Origin: an uncultured Hyphomicrobiaceae bacterium
GTDB taxonomy: Bacteria > Pseudomonadota > Alphaproteobacteria > Rhizobiales > Rhodomicrobiaceae
Assembly (NCBI GenBank): GCA_964450925.1
Contig: CAYVFK010000002.1
Coordinates: 6,445 to 42,934, forward strand
Reading direction: 5' to 3'
DNA: 36,490 bases
Part shown: positions 29,590-36,490 of the stretch, piece by piece
Layout: every line of letters begins with the position of its first letter
How positions within the stretch are numbered: the first letter of the stretch is position 1
The notes under the pieces: generated by a model
The model's database searches: none
What the model was told of the DNA's origin: nothing
What the model saw: the letters and a program-made list of their open reading frames with translations, nothing else
Program-made: the position numbers and the translations under genes

Positions 29590-29704
29590 GAAACGGGATA
29601 TCAACATGGGCTGGGCACACAACTGTTGCTGCGGCTCAGGAAGTTGTGCGTCGCCGGGTTGTTGCCGCTGTGGGACAACCGGGCCGGTCGTTTTCTATGC
29701 ACCG

Positions 29705-29730
29705 TGATCTCCCTCCGCGCGATAGGCGTA
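29705..29730 (+). promoter_or_regulatory. Putative sigmaE(ChrR)-type ECF promoter of the photolyase
   Basis: TGATCT-N16-CGTA about 100 nt upstream of the ATG. Photolyase is an established core member of this regulon. Confidence 0.55.
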
Positions 29731-29826
29731 GCTAAGCGGCTGCTTCTTAGGGCTAGTATAGGATGCGTGGAAGCGTGCGCAAGATTGCCTTTCGGTTGTC
29801 AGGAGGCCGACGGATGGCAGCAAATA

Positions 29827-31266
29827 ATGGCTAATCGACCTATAATCCTGTGGTACACGCGCGATCTGCGTCTGAGCGACCATCCGGCGTTGCAAGCGGC
29901 GGCGCGGGCCGGCCCGGTCGTTCCAGTGTTTATCCTGAGCGATAACGCCGCGTCGGGCTGGCCGCTCGGTGGTGCAAGCCGGTGGTGGTTGGCGCAGAGC
30001 CTGCGCTCGCTGGCAAATGATCTCGCTGCGAGGGGCGCCGAGCTGATACTGCGACGCGGCGACCCTGCGGCGATTCTGCCGGCGCTGGCGAACGAGGTTG
30101 GTGCAGAGGCGGTTTATTGGTCGCGCGCCTATGAGCCGGATCTGATTCGCGTTCAGGAGGAGGCCCGCACGGCGCTTGACTCCGCTGGCGTTGCGGTCAA
30201 GCGGTTTGGCGGACGCATCCTTTACGAGCCGGAAAACGTCGCGACCAAAGACGGTGCGCCCTACAAGGTGTTCACCCCATTTTACAAGGCGATCCTCGCG
30301 CGCGGTGGCCCGTTCGAGCCGTTGGCCGCGCCGGAGCAGATCGCGGCCCCTGACAACTGGCCGCAGAGCGATAACCCGGAGACTTGGGGGCTGGAGCCGA
30401 CCAAGCCGGATTGGGCCGGCGGCCTGCGCACCACCTGGGCGCCGGGCGAGCACGGCGCACGCGAGCGCCTGTCGTGGTTCTGCGATGAAGCCGTTGCCGC
30501 GTATGACGAAATGCGCGATCGCCCGGACATCGACGGCACCTCGCGCATGTCGCCGCATCTGACCTGGGGCGAAATCAGCCCGCGCCAAATTTGGCATACC
30601 GCCCAGGCGCGCGCTGCCTCCGGTGGGGCGAAGGGCGTCGAGTCCTTCCTCAGCGAGGTGGTCTGGCGCGAGTTCTCCTATCACATGTTGTTTCACTGGC
30701 CGGATTTGCCGGACACATCCTGGCGTGAGGCGTTCCGCGACTTTCCCTGGGATGACGACCAGAAGGCACTGTCGGCCTGGCAGCGCGGCCAGACCGGCTA
30801 CCCAATCGTGGATGCGGCCATGCGCCAACTTTACGAGATTGGCTGGATGCACAATCGCTGCCGGATGATCGCCGCTTCCTTCCTCATCAAAGACCTGCTC
30901 ATCCCCTGGCAGCGCGGTGAAGAATGGTTCTGGGATACGTTGGTGGATGCCGATCTCGCCAGTAATGCTGCCGGCTGGCAGTGGGCCGCCGGTTCTGGCG
31001 CTGATGCGGCGCCCTATTTCCGGATTTTCAATCCGGTCAAGCAGGGTGAGCGCTTCGACCCTCAGGGCGATTACGTGCGGCGATACGTGCCGGAGTTGGC
31101 CAAAATGCCTGCTAGACATATCCATGCCCCATGGACCGCTCCGGAAAGCGTATTGCGCGACGCCGGCGTGCGGCTGGGTGAGAGCTACCCAGGGCCAATG
31201 GTTGATCACGGTGAGGCCCGCAAGCGCGCGCTTGCCGCTTTCCAGCGGATCAAGGGTGGTCATTAG
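29827..31266 (+). CDS. Deoxyribodipyrimidine (CPD) photolyase, PhrA/class III-like
   Basis: RDLRLSDHPAL, GGASRWWL, YKVFTPF, TSRMSPHL, WREF, GQTGYPIVDAAMR, GWMHNR, APYFRIFNP. Start set at ATG 29827. Confidence 0.95.
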   Translation: MANRPIILWYTRDLRLSDHPALQAAARAGPVVPVFILSDNAASGWPLGGASRWWLAQSLRSLANDLAARGAELILRRGDPAAILPALANEVGAEAVYWSRAYEPDLIRVQEEARTALDSAGVAVKRFGGRILYEPENVATKDGAPYKVFTPFYKAILARGGPFEPLAAPEQIAAPDNWPQSDNPETWGLEPTKPDWAGGLRTTWAPGEHGARERLSWFCDEAVAAYDEMRDRPDIDGTSRMSPHLTWGEISPRQIWHTAQARAASGGAKGVESFLSEVVWREFSYHMLFHWPDLPDTSWREAFRDFPWDDDQKALSAWQRGQTGYPIVDAAMRQLYEIGWMHNRCRMIAASFLIKDLLIPWQRGEEWFWDTLVDADLASNAAGWQWAAGSGADAAPYFRIFNPVKQGERFDPQGDYVRRYVPELAKMPARHIHAPWTAPESVLRDAGVRLGESYPGPMVDHGEARKRALAAFQRIKGGH

Positions 31267-31325
31267 CGCTTGCGCTGCATGACGCTACGATAGTATCTGG
31301 CAGCCTTGATTGCCGGAACCGTCAC

Positions 31326-31853
31326 ATGACCGACACGAGCCCACTCGAGATCCGCGAAAGCACGCCGGATGACCTGAACGCGCTGGAGTTTTTGTATCCT
31401 GCCGCCTTTCCGGACGAGGATTTGCTCCCGCTGGTGAAAGCCCTGCTCCATGATGTGCCAGGCATCCTCTCGCTGGTCGCCACGCTCGATTCCGCTGTCG
31501 TTGGTCATATTGTTTTCACCCCCTGTCGCATCGCGGATGGGCCGGAGAACGTCGCGCTGCTCGGGCCGGTTGCCGTTGCGCCTGACCGCCAGCGGCGGGG
31601 CGTCGGAACCACGCTCATTCTCGCGGGGCGAGAGCGGCTAGCGCGGGCCGGCGTGGCCCGCATCTTCACGCTCGGTGATCCAGGCTACTACGCCCTTGCT
31701 GGCTTCGCTCCTGAGCTGGATGTGATCACGCCCTATCCGCTACCCGAGGAATGGCGCGGCGCGTGGCAGTCGATGAGCCTCATTGAAATCCCGCTCAAAG
31801 GCGCATTGTTGGTGCCCGGGCCGTGGCGTCGTCCGGCGCTATGGGCGCCTTAG
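31326..31853 (+). CDS. GNAT N-acetyltransferase (YhbS-like)
   Basis: VGHIVF, LGPVAVAPDRQRRGVG, LGDPGYY...GF. Confidence 0.9.
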   Translation: MTDTSPLEIRESTPDDLNALEFLYPAAFPDEDLLPLVKALLHDVPGILSLVATLDSAVVGHIVFTPCRIADGPENVALLGPVAVAPDRQRRGVGTTLILAGRERLARAGVARIFTLGDPGYYALAGFAPELDVITPYPLPEEWRGAWQSMSLIEIPLKGALLVPGPWRRPALWAP

Positions 31854-31970
31854 CCGGGACCGACGTCGCTTCACGTCAAATTCTTCCTATTCGGGCTCTG
31901 TTGTGCCAAAACGTGGCGGGGCGCGCAGTCATGCACGCAGGGTGCCGCCGGGCGATGGGGGAGCAGGAAG

Positions 31971-33869
31971 ATGACCGACGGACGGGCGACCGCGTACACC
32001 GCTTGGGGGCGGGTGATCGACTATCTTTTCGGGCGCAACGCGCTCATCGGCATAGCGTCGTTATTGCTGTTGCTCATCTCCGGCTATGCGACTTGGGTCG
32101 GCATGACCGACTTCATTGTCGGCGTGCAGACTGAAGGTGCGGTGGACCAGGCACGCGATATCGGCGGGCTGTCGGTCACAAACGAAGTGCTGATCACGCT
32201 TGTCGTCGTCACACTGACATTCCTGATGTGGCTGGCGCTGCGCGAGACATTCGGAGCGCAGCGACGCTGGAGCGAGCGGCTCATCACCTTCCCGCTCTAC
32301 ATCTTTTTGCTGCTGTGGTCGGTCGGGTTCGGCTACGGTTTCTGGTGGAGCCTGATCGCCGGGACAGAAGCGACGCGGACCAGCCTTGCCGCGCTTCAGG
32401 AGGATGCCCGCGCCGCTGGTGGGTCGGTATCGGCGCGGCTCGACGCGGTTCAGGTGCAGCTTGACAGCGTCGTCGCCTGGTCGGAAACGCAGATGCAGCG
32501 CGAAGAGACGACGGGCGGAAGCTGCGGGCGACCCTCCGGCGCTGGGCGCGGACCGCTTTATGCGGCGCGTGAGGGCGTCCGCGATTCCGTTGCTTCGGTG
32601 CGCCAAAGCATCGCGCAGTCGTGGATTACGCCGGTCCAGCAAGACATCATGGAGCTGCGCCAGAGCGCGACAAACCTTTCTGGCGAGACGTTTGCCGAGC
32701 GCCAGCGCGCCTTCGAGCAGCGTGCTCAGGACATCCGTAGCCGCGCCCGCAGCATCGCCGCGCGCAGCAACGAACTGGGCGCGTCCTACGCCGCGGAGAT
32801 GCGCGCGCTCGCGAGCGTCGTCTCGATCCCGCCGGGCAAGGCCGGGTTTTCCTGTTATGATCCAACGCTCGCGGAGCGCCTGCGACAGGCGGCCGATCAG
32901 GCCGATGAGCCGGTTGTGCTCAATTTGCGCACGGCGGAGTTTACCGAAGGGCCGGCGGGCGTCGCCAACGCGATACGGCAGCTTTGGACGAATATCGGCG
33001 CGTATCTGTCCGGGCTCATTGACTTCGTCGGATCAGGCTTCAACCTGCCGGAGAATGGCGTGGATCCTGCGCCTGCTGGCCTTACCGGACGAGACTTGAT
33101 CGCGCTGCTGGCCGCAATCGGCGTGGACCTCGGGCTGTTCGCACTCATGGTCCTCAATCCGCCAGCCACGCCGCCGACGCGCCGAGATGCGCTCGCGGCC
33201 TCGCAAGCGCGCCTGCATATGCCCACTGCCACGGTGGTGCGCCAACTCAGCGCCGCGCTGGAAACCGCGATTGCCCGCGCGCCAGATGCCGATCTGGAAT
33301 GGGTGCGCCGCCACCTCGTTCATCATCGCGGCACGTCCTACCTCGTGATCCCGAATCTTTATAGTTGTCAGGACGATCGGAACGAAGAATTGCGTGCGCT
33401 CGCCATGAACCAGCTGGCCGGGGTTTTGGATGACCTGAAACTCGTGGTTGCGCTCACTGAGAATGAACTCAAGGATTTCGGCAAGGAAGAGCAGCGTTCC
33501 AGCTTCACGGATCTCGGCCCCTATCGTGACGAATGGCGAGAGCAGCACGGCCCACGCGCCAAGCCCGCGCCGGAGGAGGTGCCGCCGCTTCAGCGCAATC
33601 ATGGTCTGTTGTCCAAGGCCGAGCGCGCGCTCGACATTGCCGGCTGGAGCGATTATGCCAAGCGCGATGTGGAGATTTACAAGCTCGTGGACACCGAAGG
33701 GCTAACCCCGCTGCTCGTGCTGCTCAACGAGGCGACGCTTGAAAAGGGCAAAGAGTCCGCTCAAGCTGCCACAGAGGAGTATGAGGCCGCCAACAACCGC
33801 CGGGAAGAGAACCGTGGCAGGCTGAGCGGCGATGTCGCCGGGCTGCTTGATCGCAAGCCGGGCGATTGA
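31971..33869 (+). CDS. Hypothetical membrane-anchored coiled-coil protein
   Basis: 632 aa: 3 N-terminal TMs, a helical domain with GGSCG..SGAGRGPLY and FSCYD, a fourth TM (LLAAIGVDLGLFALMVL) and a soluble tail. GGAG RBS. Confidence 0.85.
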   Translation: MTDGRATAYTAWGRVIDYLFGRNALIGIASLLLLLISGYATWVGMTDFIVGVQTEGAVDQARDIGGLSVTNEVLITLVVVTLTFLMWLALRETFGAQRRWSERLITFPLYIFLLLWSVGFGYGFWWSLIAGTEATRTSLAALQEDARAAGGSVSARLDAVQVQLDSVVAWSETQMQREETTGGSCGRPSGAGRGPLYAAREGVRDSVASVRQSIAQSWITPVQQDIMELRQSATNLSGETFAERQRAFEQRAQDIRSRARSIAARSNELGASYAAEMRALASVVSIPPGKAGFSCYDPTLAERLRQAADQADEPVVLNLRTAEFTEGPAGVANAIRQLWTNIGAYLSGLIDFVGSGFNLPENGVDPAPAGLTGRDLIALLAAIGVDLGLFALMVLNPPATPPTRRDALAASQARLHMPTATVVRQLSAALETAIARAPDADLEWVRRHLVHHRGTSYLVIPNLYSCQDDRNEELRALAMNQLAGVLDDLKLVVALTENELKDFGKEEQRSSFTDLGPYRDEWREQHGPRAKPAPEEVPPLQRNHGLLSKAERALDIAGWSDYAKRDVEIYKLVDTEGLTPLLVLLNEATLEKGKESAQAATEEYEAANNRREENRGRLSGDVAGLLDRKPGD

Positions 33870-33899
33870 CGGCCCGCGCTGGCCGTGGCGCACAAAAAG

Positions 33900-34676
33900 A
33901 TGGCAACACGCATCGACCTGAACGCCGATATCGGCGAGAGCTATGGCCCCTGGCGGCTGGCCGACGACAATGCAATCATGGATTGCGTCAGTTCGGTCAA
34001 CATCGCCTGCGGCGGCCATGCGGGCGACCCCGACACGATCGTTGCCACCGTGACCGAAGCGCAGGCACGCGGCCTCGGTATCGGCGCGCATCCCGGCTAT
34101 GACGACAAGCAGGGCTTCGGCCGGCGCGTGATCGCCATGACCACCGCCGAGATCGAACGCATGATCGCCTATCAGATCGGCGGGCTGGCCGCCTGCGCCG
34201 CGCTGGTGGGCGCGCGCGTCGATCACATCAAGGCGCACGGGGCGCTGGCCAATCTTGCCGCGCGCGATCCGGACGTGGCCGGGGCCGTGGCGCGGGCGGC
34301 GCACGCCGTAGCGCCAGACGCCTGGCTGCTGGCGATCGCGGGCACCGAGATCGAGCGGGTCGGTGAGGAGGCGGGCCTTCGCGTCGCGCGGGAGATTTTT
34401 GCCGACCGGGCCTATGATGAGGACGGCCACCTGATGCCGCGCGGGACTGCTGGCGCGGTGCTGACCGATCCGGATTTCATCGCCGCGCGGGTCATCGCCA
34501 TGCTCGACGCGGGCGCGCTGATTACCGAGTCCGGCAGGCCGTTGCCAACGCCCATCGACAGCATCTGTATTCACAGCGATACGCCCGGCGCGCTGCCGAT
34601 CGTGCAGAAGGTGCGCGTTAAGCTGGACGCGGCGGGCTACAAGATCTTGCCGTTTTCGCGCGGGGATGCGTCATGA
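33900..34676 (+). CDS. pxpA: 5-oxoprolinase subunit A (LamB/YcsF)
   Basis: IDLNADIGES, NIACGGHAGD, GAHPGY...FGRR, HIKAHGAL, EIFADRAY, ICIHSD. Confidence 0.95.
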   Translation: MATRIDLNADIGESYGPWRLADDNAIMDCVSSVNIACGGHAGDPDTIVATVTEAQARGLGIGAHPGYDDKQGFGRRVIAMTTAEIERMIAYQIGGLAACAALVGARVDHIKAHGALANLAARDPDVAGAVARAAHAVAPDAWLLAIAGTEIERVGEEAGLRVAREIFADRAYDEDGHLMPRGTAGAVLTDPDFIAARVIAMLDAGALITESGRPLPTPIDSICIHSDTPGALPIVQKVRVKLDAAGYKILPFSRGDAS

Positions 34677-35386
34677 ACGGGCTGGACGGGGCGCACATAC
34701 GCGATGCGGGCGAGGCGGCGCTGTCGATCGAGCTGGGTGAGGGGATCAGTCCGGCGGTCCATGAGCGGGTGCTTGCGCTCGACCAAGCGATTAACGCGGC
34801 CGAGATCGACGGCGTGCGCGAAACCGTGCCGAGCTACCGCGCGCTGCTCGTCATCTACGATCCCGAGCGAACTGAGCGGGAAGCGCTACTCGCGCGGGTC
34901 GATGCGCTGGCGCTGGATGCCGTGGCGCTGCACCCGAGCGCATGGTTGGTTCCGGCCTGTTTCGATGGCGATCACGCCTCCGACCTAAGCGCAGTGGCCG
35001 CACAAATCGGCTTGCCGCCGTGCGAGATCGTCGCCACGCTGACCGCCACGCCCTTGCGGCTGTACATGTACGGTTTTGCGCCGGGTTTCGCTTATCTCGG
35101 TGGGTTAGACGAGCGATTGGCGATCCCGCGACGCGCGACGCCGCGTGCTTCCATGCCAGCAGGCAGCGTGATGATCGCGGGCGGGCAGGCAAGCATCGCG
35201 TCTGTGTCGATGCCAACGGGCTGGTATGTCGTCGGTTGCACGCCAGTCCAGATGTTTTCGCCCGAGTGCGAGCCAATGGTGCCGTTTCAGCCAGGTGACA
35301 CGATCCGGTTGCGGGCCATTTCCCGCGCCGAATTCGAGGTGCTGACCTCGTCGCACGCGCTCGCCATTGAGCGCATAGAGCTATGA
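34673..35386 (+). CDS. pxpB: 5-oxoprolinase subunit B (allophanate hydrolase subunit 1 family)
   Basis: ETVPSYRALL, GFAPGFAYL, AGSVMIAG, PTGWYVVG. ATGA overlap with pxpA. Confidence 0.93.
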   Translation: MNGLDGAHIRDAGEAALSIELGEGISPAVHERVLALDQAINAAEIDGVRETVPSYRALLVIYDPERTEREALLARVDALALDAVALHPSAWLVPACFDGDHASDLSAVAAQIGLPPCEIVATLTATPLRLYMYGFAPGFAYLGGLDERLAIPRRATPRASMPAGSVMIAGGQASIASVSMPTGWYVVGCTPVQMFSPECEPMVPFQPGDTIRLRAISRAEFEVLTSSHALAIERIEL

Positions 35387-36375
35387 GTCTGCGCGTCGTC
35401 GCGGCTGGGCCGGGCTTGAGCATTCAGGATGCGGGCCGGGCAGGCTATCTGCGCTACGGCGTGTCGGAATCCGGACCGATGGACTGGGCCGCGCATGAGC
35501 TGGCCAATCGGCTTGTCGGCAATGCGCCGGGCGCGGCGGCGCTCGAGATCGGGCCAGGCGGCGCGCGGTTCGCTGCGCAGGCGGCGGTGGCGGTGGCTGT
35601 CGCGGGTACTGGCTTTCAGGTCAAGGTTGATGGCGAGGGATATGTTGTACCGGTCGCGGGCGCTTTGGCGGAAGGCCAGGAGATCGAGGTGCGGCCCGGG
35701 CGCGCCGGTATGTGGGCCTATCTGGCGCTCGGTGGCGGCATCGACGCGCCTGAGGTGCTCGGCTCCGCCGCTTACCATGCCCGCGCAGGTCTTGGTCATC
35801 GCCTAGAGGCGGGGGATATACTGAATCCGCGTGCACAAGGTTCGCTCCCGTTCGGCCTTGCCTCCTATGCCGATCCGCTTGAGGGCTTGCCTGCCGGCCC
35901 GCTAGGCGTCGTGGCGGGTCCGCAGGAGCAGATGTTCTCCGACGAGATGAAAGCGCGGCTCACAGAAGCCAAATGGCGCGTTTCCCCGCGCGCCGATCGC
36001 ATGGGCTATTGCCTCGACGGCCCGCAGCTGGCGGCCCAGCGCGGCAGCGATATTGTTTCTGAAGGCATTGTAATGGGCAGTATCCAGGTGCCGGGCAACG
36101 GCCAGCCGATCGTGCTGATGGCGGACCGGCAGCCTACCGGCGGCTATTCGAAGATCGGCGTGGTGTGTCGTGCCGATGTTCGTCGGCTTGCGCAGACCCG
36201 GCCGTGCGAAGCGGTGTCGTTCGCGTGGATCACGGTGGAGGAGGCGGTCGCGCGGCTGCGCCGTGTGCGTGAGATGCTGAACGCCCCGTCGCGCCTTTTG
36301 GCCGAAGCGCCATCGGCGGAGCGGCTGCTGCGCGCCAATCTGATCAGCGGCGTGACAGGCGCGGACCCGGACTGA
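35383..36375 (+). CDS. pxpC: 5-oxoprolinase subunit C (allophanate hydrolase subunit 2 family)
   Basis: QDAGR, GPMD, ANRLVGN, DRMG, GSIQVP, ADRQPTGGY, NLISG. ATGA overlap with pxpB. Confidence 0.93.
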   Translation: MSLRVVAAGPGLSIQDAGRAGYLRYGVSESGPMDWAAHELANRLVGNAPGAAALEIGPGGARFAAQAAVAVAVAGTGFQVKVDGEGYVVPVAGALAEGQEIEVRPGRAGMWAYLALGGGIDAPEVLGSAAYHARAGLGHRLEAGDILNPRAQGSLPFGLASYADPLEGLPAGPLGVVAGPQEQMFSDEMKARLTEAKWRVSPRADRMGYCLDGPQLAAQRGSDIVSEGIVMGSIQVPGNGQPIVLMADRQPTGGYSKIGVVCRADVRRLAQTRPCEAVSFAWITVEEAVARLRRVREMLNAPSRLLAEAPSAERLLRANLISGVTGADPD

Positions 36376-36378
36376 GCG

Positions 36379-36490
36379 TCAGGACGCGCCGGGTGGGATA
36401 TCGAATATGACCTCATTGCGGCGCAAAAAGCTCGGGGTGAACGGGTCGTTGTAGTAGCCAAATTCCGGGGGGCCCACCGCGGTCAGGCCC
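36379..36490 (-). CDS. SOUL family heme-binding protein (C-terminal fragment)
   Basis: Not in the ORF track. My translation GLTAVGPPEFGYYNDPFTPSFLRRNEVIFDIPPGAS* contains the SOUL-type YNxPxT...RRNEV motif. Confidence 0.8.
   Translation of the reverse strand, partial: GLTAVGPPEFGYYNDPFTPSFLRRNEVIFDIPPGAS

Noticed and set aside
29601-29690. CAA-rich stretch giving a Gln-rich in-frame peptide or a 25-aa TTG uORF before the amidohydrolase
   Set aside because: The Gln frame has no start codon, the uORF has no SD, and I saw no attenuator.
29695-31263. 522-aa minus-strand ORF
   Set aside because: Antisense shadow of the photolyase with no recognisable motifs; such ORFs are expected in GC-rich DNA.
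31868-31881. parS-like GCTTCACGTCAAAT
   Set aside because: Three mismatches break both half-sites.
1-36490. CRISPR arrays, IS elements, prophage or defence genes
   Set aside because: No spaced direct repeats, transposase, integrase, nuclease or phage motifs seen by eye.

Overview
GC-rich alphaproteobacterial chromosome, most like Hyphomicrobiales (inferred from gene content and protein style), spanning the replication origin. The left arm (minus strand) carries hemE-hemJ-rho, an opposite-strand YyaL-like gene, then mnmE-[parS]-mnmG-rsmG-parA-parB. oriC probably lies between hemE and the DUF299 kinase gene. The right arm carries ppsR(DUF299)-maf-aroE-coaE-dnaQ facing secB. Accessory genes follow: tRNA-Leu(TAA) tightly coupled to a DUF6653-like gene, a CREST/ceramidase-like gene, a sulfolactate catabolic module (comC-like, GntR, suyAB, slcC-like), DUF2177, a serine hydrolase, mgtE with a structured leader, an HPF paralog, N-formylglutamate amidohydrolase, photolyase, GNAT, pxpABC and the 3' end of a SOUL heme-binding gene. 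Four envelope proteins are unexplained. The signals most worth following up are a 38% GC island hidden inside hemJ next to the origin, a nested stem-loop upstream of mgtE, the tRNA-mRNA coupling, sigmaE-type promoters at the photolyase and DUF2177 genes, and the uncharacterised coiled-coil envelope proteins. I found no CRISPR, transposase, integrase or phage genes. All calls come from reading the sequence only; no searches were run, and no novel system is demonstrated.
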